IMG/VR virus record: IMGVR_UViG_3300026097_000008
Location: 1-64,000 of that record
Reading direction: 5' to 3' (one strand)
DNA length: 64,000 nt
From: a virus
Positions 15,926 through 26,151 of the stretch are shown here, piece by piece. Position 1 is the stretch's first letter. Every line of letters begins with the position of its first letter. Made by a program: the position numbers and the translations under genes. The notes under the pieces are model-generated. The model saw only the letters and a list, made by a program, of their open reading frames with translations. It was not told the origin of the DNA and did not search any database.

Positions 15926-17399
15926 TCTTTGTTCCGGTGAATACTTTTACGTTATACATTGTAGCAAACTCTTGTGCATCTGTCAAGTCATTTACCATAG
16001 GCTTGCCTTTGATGTTTAGGCTAGTGTTGAGTAGCATAGGACAGCCTGTTAGCGCATACCATCGTTCGAGCAAAGCTCGTATTCCGCTACCATCCTTCGG
16101 TACTGTTTGGACTCGGGCAGTATTGTCGGCATGGGTGATGGCAGGATACAAGTGTGGATCTCTGACTCGGGCTGTAAACTGCATATAATTGTTGTAGTGT
16201 CCTTCAAAATAGTCATCTGCATGTTCGGCGAGCACAACTGGAGCAAATGGTCTGAACTTCTGTCTGCGTTTGATAGCATTGACTCTATCTTTAATATCGC
16301 TGCCGCGGGGATCAGCAAGCAGGCTGCGATTACCAAAAGCTCTTGGACCATATTCCGCTCTGCCATTAGCGATCCCACATATTCCCACAGTTTGGAGTTC
16401 CTTGACTGCTTCTTCAACTGGATACTCTCCTTCTATATTGTAGCCCAAGTATGCATGTGGCATAGGCAGTGTTTGCTTCTTAGACGCAAGCACTGCGCCT
16501 ACAGCACTACCTGCGTCACCTGGGTTGGGCATTATCCATACGCTGTCGTAAAAGCGATAAGCGATGCTGTTTGCACTACAGTTTAAAGCACACCCTCCCA
16601 TGAGCACAAGGTTCTTACTGTCAAAGTTTCTACTGGCCCACAGTAGGGTATTGCATAGTATGTATTCATATACCTTCTGGGTAGCAGCAGCAATGTCAAA
16701 CATATCTTGTTCAGTAGTTAGTTCTGGACGCCACCAACGACACCCTCTATGTAGATTGTGCTTGAGTTTTATTTTAGGGTTATACCCTATGCCTTCTTTG
16801 TCAATAAACTCATTGAGTATGTCCATAAACAGTCGATGGGGGTCACCGTATGCTGCCATACCCATAAGGATGTATTCGTCTTCGTTTGGCTTTAAGCCTA
16901 CACGCTGTGTCATAGCACTATACCACAAGCCTATGCTGTGTGGATACCCTTGGCTATAAACTTTGTTTAGTTTGTCGCCTTTGCCTTCCCATAAGGTTAG
17001 CGTTTCGAATTCGCCAATGCTGTCGATACATACGACAGTAGCATCTCGAAAGCCACTAGTATAATAACCAGCGGCAGCATGACTATGATGGTGATTGCTA
17101 TAGCGAATAGGAGCATGTATACTATACCCTGCAAGATAATTCTTGACATTGTTTTCTCTATAGTTCCACCCTTGTCCTGCTCTAAGCTGTCTAAAAGTTT
17201 TCCTAAGGGGTCGTTCGTACCAAACAACTTCATCAGGCTCTCCCCATTGTAGTGCGTAGTCTATTAGTTCTTTATTTAAGTGTGCATCGTTCTTAGTGCC
17301 GCTGAAGCGTTCACTATGACTAGCGAACTCAAGTCCTTCATCTGTAAACACTGCTAATGCAGCATCGTGACTGTTTGCTGATATGCCCCAAGTAATCAT
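15915..17399 (-). CDS. Carbamoyltransferase (CmcH/NodU family)
   Basis: HDAA, HHHSHAA, MGMAAYG, GGCALN, EYGPRAFGNRS, LNTSLN. Confidence 0.95.
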   Translation of the reverse strand: MITWGISANSHDAALAVFTDEGLEFASHSERFSGTKNDAHLNKELIDYALQWGEPDEVVWYERPLRKTFRQLRAGQGWNYRENNVKNYLAGYSIHAPIRYSNHHHSHAAAGYYTSGFRDATVVCIDSIGEFETLTLWEGKGDKLNKVYSQGYPHSIGLWYSAMTQRVGLKPNEDEYILMGMAAYGDPHRLFMDILNEFIDKEGIGYNPKIKLKHNLHRGCRWWRPELTTEQDMFDIAAATQKVYEYILCNTLLWASRNFDSKNLVLMGGCALNCSANSIAYRFYDSVWIMPNPGDAGSAVGAVLASKKQTLPMPHAYLGYNIEGEYPVEEAVKELQTVGICGIANGRAEYGPRAFGNRSLLADPRGSDIKDRVNAIKRRQKFRPFAPVVLAEHADDYFEGHYNNYMQFTARVRDPHLYPAITHADNTARVQTVPKDGSGIRALLERWYALTGCPMLLNTSLNIKGKPMVNDLTDAQEFATMYNVKVFTGTKNDN

Positions 17400-17518
17400 T
17401 TGTAGATAAAAGGATCTTTTTCTTGAAGTTCTTTTAAACGCTTCTTAAGATATCTGTGTTCTCTCCATGCTGTATAAGGCCAACATACCCATGACCAAAT
17501 CTTCTTTAAGTAAACCAT
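17396..17518 (-). CDS. Small protein (40 aa, ends KDPFIYK; not in ORF track)
   Basis: Fills the gap between primase and carbamoyltransferase with overlapping start/stop codons. Confidence 0.6.
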   Translation of the reverse strand: MVYLKKIWSWVCWPYTAWREHRYLKKRLKELQEKDPFIYK

Positions 17519-18489
17519 TTTTTTGCTCTCAGTCTAATTTTAAGTGCGCTTTCGTTTGCACTTGTTGCAATACTATGTAATGTATATAGTCTACCGTACT
17601 TATCTACAGCATCTCCGATATCATTTATTTCTTCACCCCATTCAGGCATGCTCACACTGAAGCCTAGTTCAATTGCACGTTCCACTAGCTTGCTACCAGC
17701 CTTGTCTCTATCGGGTACAACAATAATGTCTTTTTGTAAACGCTTGAGTAGCATAGCCTGTTGGTCCGATATCTCTGATCCGCCTAAGGCACAACCTTCT
17801 ACGTGTATGGCATCTATCTGACCTTCGCACACGATAGCAAACACCTTAGTATGACGCTGATCGTCTAGCCCATAAACAAAGCCAGGCTGTACTTCTGTAA
17901 GGTACTTGGGCTTCTTGTCAGGCACCACACTACGCCCAGTCCAACCTACTACCCTACCTTCATAGTAGAAGGGTATGATCAATCTATCACGGTACCCTAG
18001 GCTTGGGCTCCAATAGTAGTCAGTGTCATCTACGTTTAGATTACGTGCTGCCATGTATTCTAGCACAGCCATGCTAAACTTGTTAAAGTCTGTGATGTCT
18101 GTGATCTTAACAGCATCGTCTGGCAACGGAACAGTATTGAAGGTAGGCAGGCTCGCTATACGTTCCTTGACCTCAACGCCTTCGTTTTCTCTCATCACTT
18201 CAAGTGCCACCTTGTTGATTATATCGTCAGGTGCTCCCATCCACTGGAGTAGTTTACGCAACTTGTGTGAGAACTGTCTGCCCGGTTGCCAGCTAGCCTT
18301 GAAACCGCAGTTGAAGCAGTGATAGCTGATGCCGCCATCTGGGTTAGCAATCATGCCGCCGCGGCCACGAGTGTCCGCACTGTGTCCATTGTGGTGGCAA
18401 CACTGTGCATTGAAGCTTAACCAGCCACTAGGAGTTTGTTTCCTTTTGGCAGGCAAGTATGTCAGAACTGTTTCGCTTACTACACTCAT
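17506..18489 (-). CDS. DNA primase, T4 gp61-like
   Basis: Zn finger ending CFNC, RLIIPF, KYL, TOPRIM CEGQID and PDRD. Confidence 0.92.
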   Translation of the reverse strand: MSVVSETVLTYLPAKRKQTPSGWLSFNAQCCHHNGHSADTRGRGGMIANPDGGISYHCFNCGFKASWQPGRQFSHKLRKLLQWMGAPDDIINKVALEVMRENEGVEVKERIASLPTFNTVPLPDDAVKITDITDFNKFSMAVLEYMAARNLNVDDTDYYWSPSLGYRDRLIIPFYYEGRVVGWTGRSVVPDKKPKYLTEVQPGFVYGLDDQRHTKVFAIVCEGQIDAIHVEGCALGGSEISDQQAMLLKRLQKDIIVVPDRDKAGSKLVERAIELGFSVSMPEWGEEINDIGDAVDKYGRLYTLHSIATSANESALKIRLRAKKWFT

Positions 18490-18495
18490 ACTCTA

Positions 18496-18524
18496 ATTAT
18501 AGCGCAGAGTGTGCTAGATGTCAA
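18496..18524 (-). promoter_or_regulatory. Perfect sigma70 promoter for the primase-helicase operon
   Basis: TTGACA-N17-TATAAT, 6 nt before the ATG. Confidence 0.85.
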
Positions 18525-19304
18525 TCAGTTTCGGACGAGAATTTTTGTGATTGTGCTTGCTGGACTGGCAGTTGCCTTAAATCTAATATGATTGAATACA
18601 CCATTAAAGTTCGCCGGTGTTGGTTCTGTTTCACTTCCAGTAAACGATATTGTATCAATGTCGGCCCAGGAGGTTGAATCTGTAATTTCGTTATCCAACG
18701 TAGCTTGTATAACAATGTCTCCTATAAAACTATCTGTATATATAACCGCAGTATGGAGTGCTTCGTTTCCATTTATTCCTGGCTGTGCATCTATAGTAGA
18801 CGAATACCAGCTGTCATTGTCAGGCAAAAATGTTGTGACAGATGTGGATTGTTTTGGAGCTGGATACTGTTTGGTGTCGACATAGATAGTTCCGTTGCCA
18901 TTAAAATGTGTATCTGCATAGGTCAGTACATTATCACCGTTAGAATCTACTAGATGAATAGCGTATGTGAGATATTGAGATTTAACATTTAATAAATCGT
19001 TTTCCGTGATCGTGACTTTAAATAATCCTCTTACCGCAGCACTATCATCGCCTGTAATAGCCACACCGTCATGTTCAATTATTAGATTTTGATTTTCGTC
19101 AAACGCTTGGAATTTAGGAGTGTAGCTCCCTATGTTCAAAGGTTTTTGATCAGCATTCAAAACTCTAAATTGTAATATATTATCAATATTTGTGAATACT
19201 TTAATTTGTCTACTATACACTGGTCTATACTCCGTGACGAATCCTGCTTCATTAGCAATAATGGTTATTCTGTTATTGACTAAATATCTAGGTACTATTT
19301 GCAT
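18525..19304 (-). CDS. Conserved hypothetical protein, beta-rich, possibly virion
   Basis: Start moved to ATG 19304, after GATAAATA. Confidence 0.8.
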   Translation of the reverse strand: MQIVPRYLVNNRITIIANEAGFVTEYRPVYSRQIKVFTNIDNILQFRVLNADQKPLNIGSYTPKFQAFDENQNLIIEHDGVAITGDDSAAVRGLFKVTITENDLLNVKSQYLTYAIHLVDSNGDNVLTYADTHFNGNGTIYVDTKQYPAPKQSTSVTTFLPDNDSWYSSTIDAQPGINGNEALHTAVIYTDSFIGDIVIQATLDNEITDSTSWADIDTISFTGSETEPTPANFNGVFNHIRFKATASPASTITKILVRN

Positions 19305-19324
19305 AAGTATATTTATCGAGAAAT

Positions 19325-19696
19325 ATGTTATTAAAAGATATTGAACAAAACTTTCCATACATAAGCGTTGTCACATATGGTGGCAACGAATATGTCGGCA
19401 TCATTGCTAATCAAGATCAGTATATTACAAGCATGTATGTATACACTAATTTAAAAACAGAACAAGAGAAAAAAGCATTTTTAGAACTAGGAGATACTTG
19501 GTGGTGGGAATCAAATAGAATGATTCCTATTAATATCTTTCTTAGAAATGAAATTCAACCATTTTCCTATGCAGTTCTTACAATGAATTCAAAAGATGTG
19601 AGAGTAAGCATAGGACCTTGTGTAAATTTAAATAATCTTGCAGTTAAAAGAGTAAAAAGAAAATCTGTACAATTGGTTAGAAAACCTAAGAGTTAA
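19325..19696 (+). CDS. Conserved hypothetical protein (WWWESNR motif)
   Basis: Long ORF divergent from the previous gene. Confidence 0.8.
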   Translation: MLLKDIEQNFPYISVVTYGGNEYVGIIANQDQYITSMYVYTNLKTEQEKKAFLELGDTWWWESNRMIPINIFLRNEIQPFSYAVLTMNSKDVRVSIGPCVNLNNLAVKRVKRKSVQLVRKPKS

Positions 19697-20183
19697 CAAA
19701 CCATACATTGTTAGGGCCTACTTCGTAATTTGATATTAATTCATTTACAGCTTTATTAACACCTGGATAGTCTATGTCGTGTCCGCTTAAAATTCCGCCT
19801 GAGTGTACTTTGTCCTTATAGGCTATTATGTCTTTGCTACATCCATTATAACTATGATCTGCATCTATAAAAACTAAGTCAACTTTAGGTATTTTGTCTA
19901 CTACAAATGAACTATTGCCTTCAATAGCAATTAGTCTTTCATTATATTTCTTTTTTATATCATTAGTGTAAAATTGTTTGATATTATTATCTACTGCATA
20001 AATTTTTAAATTAGGGTTTTGATCTAACAAATGAAAAGTAGTGCGTCCGTCTCTAACACCTACTTCGGCCATTGTTGTAAAATTATTTTGCTTTATTAAA
20101 TAGTTAAGAAAATGTCTTCTATTACTTTTACCCGACCACTCAACGGTCATAGGAACATGTAATAAGTCATTACGTCTAGCCAT
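19686..20183 (-). CDS. Class I SAM methyltransferase (Methyltransf_24-like)
   Basis: AEVGVRDG, DLVFIDADHSY, GGILSGHD. Confidence 0.88.
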   Translation of the reverse strand: MARRNDLLHVPMTVEWSGKSNRRHFLNYLIKQNNFTTMAEVGVRDGRTTFHLLDQNPNLKIYAVDNNIKQFYTNDIKKKYNERLIAIEGNSSFVVDKIPKVDLVFIDADHSYNGCSKDIIAYKDKVHSGGILSGHDIDYPGVNKAVNELISNYEVGPNNVWFVNS

Positions 20184-20736
20184 TTAATTGCTCCACTAAT
20201 AAATTCATGTGTACTACTACTGCCATTGCGTAAGATACAGCATGCGCTTTCTTAAAGTAGTAATCACCATTAGTCGGCTTTGTCCACACTTCTTTCATTA
20301 TCTCGTTCCAAGTCTTCCCAATCAGATGTCTCTTCGCGGGCCGTATCATAGCAAGGACGGCAGCTAACTGTTCCACGGAAGTTGGGCAAGTCTGCTTCAG
20401 AATTGATGTATGGCCATTTAAATGAAATAGTTGATCCACAAACTCTTCGTGTTGTAAAAGTTCCCACATTGGCTCTTTAGTCATAAGTTCTTCTAAGTGT
20501 GCTTCGTTGCGCACATCTTTGTATATGCTTACATTAAGAAAGTCGAGTTTAAAATAGCCGCGATCTTCTGCAGCCTTGTGTTCGATTGTGGAAATATTGT
20601 CTACAGGGCTATGTGGGATTGCAGTGACATACACGCCAGTGTTGTGTTTCTTGCCACTGTCTAAACGTGCAACATGATGTTGTATCTTAGATAATATAAT
20701 ATCTCTATTTGCAAAATCTATATCAATATCCGGCAT
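20176..20736 (-). CDS. Minimal DnaE-like polymerase fragment (split DnaE C-part)
   Basis: MPDIDIDF, KHNTGVY, YFKLDFLN, AMIRP, FKKAHAVSY. Confidence 0.85.
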   Translation of the reverse strand: MPDIDIDFANRDIILSKIQHHVARLDSGKKHNTGVYVTAIPHSPVDNISTIEHKAAEDRGYFKLDFLNVSIYKDVRNEAHLEELMTKEPMWELLQHEEFVDQLFHLNGHTSILKQTCPTSVEQLAAVLAMIRPAKRHLIGKTWNEIMKEVWTKPTNGDYYFKKAHAVSYAMAVVVHMNLLVEQLNG

Positions 20737-21437
20737 TACAAATTGCTTTCCTTAGCAACATCTTTAACTAATTGTACATCATTAGATAATCGTTTAAACC
20801 TCATAGCCCAGTGTTTAGGATTTATAACATGATATACCATACTTAATTGTTCATCATTAAATTTACTTAGCATTTCTTTCCCACTAGCACAATTAAGAAT
20901 CAGCCAAGGAGACATCTTGCCATCTTTAATATGCCATACTGCTCTGTTTAAGCTTACATGTTGAAAATAATGATTCCAAGGCGCAGGATCATTATCACTT
21001 GCCCATTCTAACATTGTTTGTATACTACGTTCTAACGCTGTAGTGACATCTTCTTTTAAAATAAATTCTAGTACATATTTCTCATACATTTCGTCTCGAC
21101 ACCAGTGATCTAGCTTAACTCCACTAGTGACAACATAGTCTATGTATCTGTCAGGATATAAAGGACGAACATTGCTAATAAAGGAACCAAATTTAACAAA
21201 AGCATTATAATAGGGTGACCCGACAAAATCCGCATACGTTTTTTCTTTTTTGTTGCCTGCACTGAGCGTATAGAATCTTTGGAATGCATAGAAGCCATGT
21301 CTTACTCTCTTTTCATCTTTTTGTAGCCATCGTCTTTTCTTTTCACACATGTGTGCTGCAAGAGTCTTCTCTCTTACATAAGAGCTTCCACAATATTCAC
21401 AGTTATACGGTTTGTCAGAGCTTGGCGTCAATGCCAT
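20736..21437 (-). CDS. C2H2/C2HC zinc-finger hypothetical protein
   Basis: YNCEYCGSSY...LAAHMC; start uncertain. Confidence 0.75.
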   Translation of the reverse strand: MALTPSSDKPYNCEYCGSSYVREKTLAAHMCEKKRRWLQKDEKRVRHGFYAFQRFYTLSAGNKKEKTYADFVGSPYYNAFVKFGSFISNVRPLYPDRYIDYVVTSGVKLDHWCRDEMYEKYVLEFILKEDVTTALERSIQTMLEWASDNDPAPWNHYFQHVSLNRAVWHIKDGKMSPWLILNCASGKEMLSKFNDEQLSMVYHVINPKHWAMRFKRLSNDVQLVKDVAKESNL

Positions 21438-21882
21438 ATTCTTCAGCCAATTGTTTGAGTTCTTTTTTTGTAGATAGTCCAGCAAGTAATTCTACCTCGT
21501 CTGTTTTCATGTTAGGATAAATTTGTTCTAGCAGTTTAACAGCTTTGTCGTTGCCGCCTGCTTTTTTCTTAAAACCAATCCAAGGATGAAACTCGTTCTT
21601 ACCAGTTGCGCCGCTCATACACAACAACTGCCACATCAATTTTTGATGTCCGTTTTCTTTGCCGACACCGATTGTGTTGAAGTGTATGTTGTAATACTCA
21701 TTGGTCTTAAAGATTGCAAGCTCTTGTTTTTCACGACTGCCATTAACACTAGCAACATATCTGTTCAACAACCAGAAACTGATTTGTTTCTTATGCTCGT
21801 CTTCTAGATGATTCCAAATGTCTTTTTCGTCATTGTCAATCCAGCTGAGTATTTCTTTTATTGCAAGTTTTTCTGATGCCAT
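21415..21882 (-). CDS. Probable clamp-loader small subunit (gp62-like)
   Basis: FWLLNRY, FHPWI, terminal helical pattern; replication context. Confidence 0.6.
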   Translation of the reverse strand: MASEKLAIKEILSWIDNDEKDIWNHLEDEHKKQISFWLLNRYVASVNGSREKQELAIFKTNEYYNIHFNTIGVGKENGHQKLMWQLLCMSGATGKNEFHPWIGFKKKAGGNDKAVKLLEQIYPNMKTDEVELLAGLSTKKELKQLAEEYGIDAKL

Positions 21883-22541
21883 GCTTCTACGTCCTCTGGA
21901 GAATTAATTTCTATACCGTTATAGTATACAGGATTTATTCCGATTTGCCAACTATTTTTTAACCATCTTAGTTGTTCTAATTGCTCAATTCTTTCTTCTT
22001 CGGGTACAGGCAGTGAAGGATACATTTCTAATGCATTACGCTTGTATCCGTAAACGCCCAAATGCCAACTACCATATCCTGTTATACCTCTGCCAAACCA
22101 TAATGCATGTTCGCTTGCGTGTACACACTTTACTGTGTTAGGATCGTCTTGCATCTTTTTTGGCATTGTAGCATACACTGTTGACACAGCATAGTACTGT
22201 AATAGGTTATGACATTTGTTGATTACTTCTGCTGTAATGTCCGGCATGTCGCCTTGTACATTGATAAATGTATTGTACTTGTTAAAAAAACTATTCTTGA
22301 TAGCACCTGCACATCGTTCAGTGCCATTTGCATAATCTACTTCTTCAATCCAACAACAACTAGCACCAAACAGATTAAAGATGCGCATATCGTCAGTAAG
22401 CACATACGTATCTAACCCTGTCTTGCGACAGCGTTCATACACCCTGCGTATCATAGGAATGTTATCTAGTGCAATCAAAGGTTTGCCCGGAAGGCGTGTG
22501 CTACCGTATCTAGCAGGTATAAGAATTGCAGTTTTACTCAT
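21858..22541 (-). CDS. kdsB: CMP-Kdo synthetase
   Basis: IPARYGSTRLPGKPL, GTERC, INVQGD, EQLEQLR. Confidence 0.93.
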   Translation of the reverse strand: MSKTAILIPARYGSTRLPGKPLIALDNIPMIRRVYERCRKTGLDTYVLTDDMRIFNLFGASCCWIEEVDYANGTERCAGAIKNSFFNKYNTFINVQGDMPDITAEVINKCHNLLQYYAVSTVYATMPKKMQDDPNTVKCVHASEHALWFGRGITGYGSWHLGVYGYKRNALEMYPSLPVPEEERIEQLEQLRWLKNSWQIGINPVYYNGIEINSPEDVEAWHQKNLQ

Positions 22542-23098
22542 TTAGTTCCTTCATAAAATGCTATTGTATCGCTTTTCCATTTACGCACTGTATAACCTAA
22601 GTCTAACAACAATAGGATAGCGTTATCTGCTTCGTTTCTTTTGTTTTCAAAAAAGATAGTTGGACGATTTTTCTTAATTGTTTTTAAAGCACCTTGGATA
22701 ACATAATATTCGTACTGTTCGGTATCAATTTTAATAAAATCAATGTTTTCAAAAAATTTAAAACTATCCAAAGTCTTTACTTCTACGTTGTACGATTCTC
22801 CTGACCAAGATGCAACCCTATCTTTGTGCAAAGATCCGTGCTCGGGATTATTTGTATTACTATTCATAGCTAAAATAGCTGTTGTATTTTTATCACCTAG
22901 TGCAATATCGTAGCATTCTAATTGTTTATAATTTGAAAGTTCTTTGTAGCTTTCTGGATTAGGTTCAAAACAAATAACTCTATTAAAAGTATCTAAAAAC
23001 GGAACACTAGTATCGCCATTGTGTGCACCAATATCTATATAGGTATGAAATCCTTTAACATATGGCAAAGCCCATTCTTTGATCTTTCTTTCGCTCAT
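22538..23098 (-). CDS. FkbM-family methyltransferase
   Basis: IDIGAHNG, FEPNP, IDFIKIDTE. Confidence 0.9.
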   Translation of the reverse strand: MSERKIKEWALPYVKGFHTYIDIGAHNGDTSVPFLDTFNRVICFEPNPESYKELSNYKQLECYDIALGDKNTTAILAMNSNTNNPEHGSLHKDRVASWSGESYNVEVKTLDSFKFFENIDFIKIDTEQYEYYVIQGALKTIKKNRPTIFFENKRNEADNAILLLLDLGYTVRKWKSDTIAFYEGTK

Positions 23099-23913
23099 TT
23101 GCCAAATCCTGTGTAATTTCTATCAACTGGAATCGTTTCTGTTTTGCGGTATGTGTACTTTACAATGTCTGACACTACGCTTTCGAACTCATCTAGTCGC
23201 AACATGTTAGGACCATCGCTAGGTGCGTTGTCTGGGTCAGCGTGTACTTCTAAAAAGAAATTTGTAATCCCCAAAGCACTAGCTGCACGAGATAGGCTAG
23301 GAACATAATCCCTATTCCCGCCGCTACTACTTCCGTTGCCGCCTGGCTTTTGTACGCTGTGTGTGGCGTCCAATACAATAGGACAATTAAAGTTATCAAG
23401 CATATAGTTAAGGCCGGTGAAATCAACAACCAAAGTATTATATCCAAAGCTAGTACCCCTTTCTGTGATCCACACTTCTTGAGCACCTTCAGTTTTTGAA
23501 AGGATGCCTTTTACATCCCAAGGTGCTAGGAACTGACCTTTTTTGATATTTACAATCTTATCAGTAGCACATGCTGCCGTAATGAGATCAGTCTGACGAC
23601 ATAAGAATGCAGGAATCTGCAGGACATCTACAGTGTCATTGAATTCCCTTGTAATACGATTTACTTGCACATAATCATGTACATCAGTAAGAGTTTTTAC
23701 GCCTAGTGCTTCTTTTATAGCACGAAAGTCTTGTAGTGTTGATTCCATGCCCATGCCGCGCTTACCGTTAGCACTTGTACGATTTGCTTTGTCGTAGCTT
23801 GCTTTGAAATAATAATCTATTCCGTATTTGTCGCAAACACGTTTACACTCTTCAGCGACCTCCGAGCTTTGTCCTAGACTTTCGTGTTGACATGGCCCTG
23901 CTATAATTCTCAT
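23095..23913 (-). CDS. kdsA: Kdo-8-phosphate synthase
   Basis: IAGPC, KASYDKANRTS, QIPAFLCRQT, KKGQF, DATHSVQ, SDGPN. Confidence 0.96.
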   Translation of the reverse strand: MRIIAGPCQHESLGQSSEVAEECKRVCDKYGIDYYFKASYDKANRTSANGKRGMGMESTLQDFRAIKEALGVKTLTDVHDYVQVNRITREFNDTVDVLQIPAFLCRQTDLITAACATDKIVNIKKGQFLAPWDVKGILSKTEGAQEVWITERGTSFGYNTLVVDFTGLNYMLDNFNCPIVLDATHSVQKPGGNGSSSGGNRDYVPSLSRAASALGITNFFLEVHADPDNAPSDGPNMLRLDEFESVVSDIVKYTYRKTETIPVDRNYTGFGK

Positions 23914-25001
23914 TACCATCCAATCCTTTCCCATGGTACGTTTTTGTTTCCAAAGTGTCCATATGTACAATTATCGCTATAATTAGTATATTTGAATAAA
24001 TCAAATCTGTCAATAATTCCTTTTGGAGTCATATCAATATTGTCTTCAATAAACTTTTGAATACTTCGATTGTGTCCATTTGAATCTACATAGATACTTG
24101 TTGGCTCTTTAACACCAATAGCATAACTCAACTGAATTTGACACCAATCTGCCATATTATCTGCTACTACATTTTTAGCAAGCCAACGTGCCATATATGC
24201 TGCACTGCGATCTACTTTAGTAGGATCTTTGCCACTAAAGGCTCCGCCACCGTGTGGTGCAAATCCCCCATAAGTATCTACAATAATCTTACGTCCTGTG
24301 ACACCTGCATCTCCGTCTGGTCCACCAATAACAAAGTTGCCAGTAGGATTAATGTGCCACACAGTATCGTCATCGATTAAACCACCGCATACTCGATTTA
24401 CAGCATCTTTTATCGGCACTTTTATGCTGTGTCCAAATCCTTCGCGATGCTGATGACTTACTACAACTTGGTCAATGCGTTTTACACGACCACCTTCATA
24501 CTCTACGCTAACTTGTGATTTAGCATCTGGCAGCATATAATCATACCCATCCAGTCGCATAGACTTTAATTCTTTAAGTATTTCGTGGCTGTAGTAAATA
24601 GGTGCTGGCAAGTATGCGTCATTGTCATTGCAAGCATACCCAAACATAATGCCTTGATCGCCTGCACCAAAGTTGTCTGTTCCCAATGCAATATCGCCAC
24701 TCTGTGCATGAATTTCGTTGTAGATGTTTAGTTTATCCCAATGAAACCCATCCTGTTCATATCCGATCTCACGAACTTTGTTGCGGATGATTTCTTTGAC
24801 TTCGTCATTGCTTACGTTGAAGTTTTTTACTTCGCCGGCTAATGTGACGTGATTAGTAGTGACAAGCGTTTCAACAGCAACACGAGTAGTTTCGTCTCCT
24901 CCTGCTAAACCAGCATCAACCAGTCCATCTGATATTTGATCTGCAATTTTATCTGGGTGTCCGTCGCTAACACTTTCGCTAGTAAAAATATAGTTATTCA
25001 T
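23913..25001 (-). CDS. metK: S-adenosylmethionine synthetase
   Basis: FTSESVSDGHPDK, GAGDQG, GRKIIVDTYGG, GGGAFSGKDPTKVDRS. Confidence 0.98.
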   Translation of the reverse strand: MNNYIFTSESVSDGHPDKIADQISDGLVDAGLAGGDETTRVAVETLVTTNHVTLAGEVKNFNVSNDEVKEIIRNKVREIGYEQDGFHWDKLNIYNEIHAQSGDIALGTDNFGAGDQGIMFGYACNDNDAYLPAPIYYSHEILKELKSMRLDGYDYMLPDAKSQVSVEYEGGRVKRIDQVVVSHQHREGFGHSIKVPIKDAVNRVCGGLIDDDTVWHINPTGNFVIGGPDGDAGVTGRKIIVDTYGGFAPHGGGAFSGKDPTKVDRSAAYMARWLAKNVVADNMADWCQIQLSYAIGVKEPTSIYVDSNGHNRSIQKFIEDNIDMTPKGIIDRFDLFKYTNYSDNCTYGHFGNKNVPWERIGW

Positions 25002-25261
25002 TTAGTGTCCTTAATTATATAGTAAGTTGTGACTAATTTGTCAAGTTGTTTTTTTAGGGTTTCGTTTGTTTGAGATAATTCGCACAAGTTTTTCCATTCA
25101 CTGTATTCTAATAGACTACCTTGTGCTCTAGCTACTCCTGCAGGATCGCCGCCTATGATCCAACGCGGTATTGTATTATGCGGAGGATCTCGATATCGAG
25201 CGTACACAACACCATCATCACGTTCGTATATCAAAGCTTCTCCAGGTATCATTTTAGTCAT
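24998..25261 (-). CDS. Hypothetical protein
   Basis: Coupled ORF within the operon. Confidence 0.75.
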   Translation of the reverse strand: MTKMIPGEALIYERDDGVVYARYRDPPHNTIPRWIIGGDPAGVARAQGSLLEYSEWKNLCELSQTNETLKKQLDKLVTTYYIIKDTK

Positions 25262-25791
25262 TTTTCGATAGCAATATCTAGCTTACCTTTTTTTGTTAAT
25301 ACAGAATAAACAATTTGGCCTTGAATAAAATTTGTAATTTTATTCTCCCACCATTCTTTCGATTCTAAAATCAAATGGGCATTTCTTCCGTCGGGCAATT
25401 TTTTTCTTGCAGGCAGTGTATCTATTCTTAACCAAATATTTTTTTCCGCTAATCTAGAAATATCAGCAAGCACAGTGTTTAACCATTCAGGTTCAATATG
25501 TTCTAGCACATCATTACAAAATACACAATCAAATTTGGCATGTTGTAGTTGTATTGCAAACATAGGCACTGCAGGATCGTATCCAGTCCATAGTGTATTA
25601 GGATAATTATTTTTTAAATGTGATAGTATAGCACCCTTGCCGCATCCATAATCTAGTGCATTCTTAGGATTCCACTTATCAAAAAACTTATAAAAATTAC
25701 CTAAATCCTTAAGCTTGCCGCCGAAACCTCTAGGTCTATCCTTAGCAGCATGTAAGTATTTTAATTGAGTCAGATAATCTTTACTATACAC
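25258..25791 (-). CDS. Class I SAM methyltransferase
   Basis: LDYGCGKG, YDPAV, DVLEHI. Confidence 0.9.
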   Translation of the reverse strand: MYSKDYLTQLKYLHAAKDRPRGFGGKLKDLGNFYKFFDKWNPKNALDYGCGKGAILSHLKNNYPNTLWTGYDPAVPMFAIQLQHAKFDCVFCNDVLEHIEPEWLNTVLADISRLAEKNIWLRIDTLPARKKLPDGRNAHLILESKEWWENKITNFIQGQIVYSVLTKKGKLDIAIEK

Positions 25792-26140
25792 TTGTGCCTA
25801 CTGAGCGTCTTACAATGTCATTATGATTAAATTCTGCCCAGTATAGTTCAAATGCTACACCGTCTTCCAGTCCTTCAAACTGATGAATCTTACCTGGTTT
25901 GACTTGTGTGAAGTCTCCAGCTTCAAGAATAGTTTCATCAACTAATCCATCTTGATCACCGTCTTGCCAAACACGCACAATCATTTTTCCTGACTCTACA
26001 AAGAATCCATTCCATTTAAATTGGTGTTCGTGTTCACTACACTTGTATCCTGCTTTGTATTCAATACGATGAAACTCTAGTACACCGTTTGCGTGGATCA
26101 GTTCTGTCTGTCCCCAAATCTTCCCTGCTTTCATTGTCAT
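25784..26140 (-). CDS. Cupin-domain protein
   Basis: SEHEH...VESG...GD...PGKIHQF. Confidence 0.85.
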   Translation of the reverse strand: MTMKAGKIWGQTELIHANGVLEFHRIEYKAGYKCSEHEHQFKWNGFFVESGKMIVRVWQDGDQDGLVDETILEAGDFTQVKPGKIHQFEGLEDGVAFELYWAEFNHNDIVRRSVGTSV

Positions 26141-26151
26141 CTTTCCTTCCT

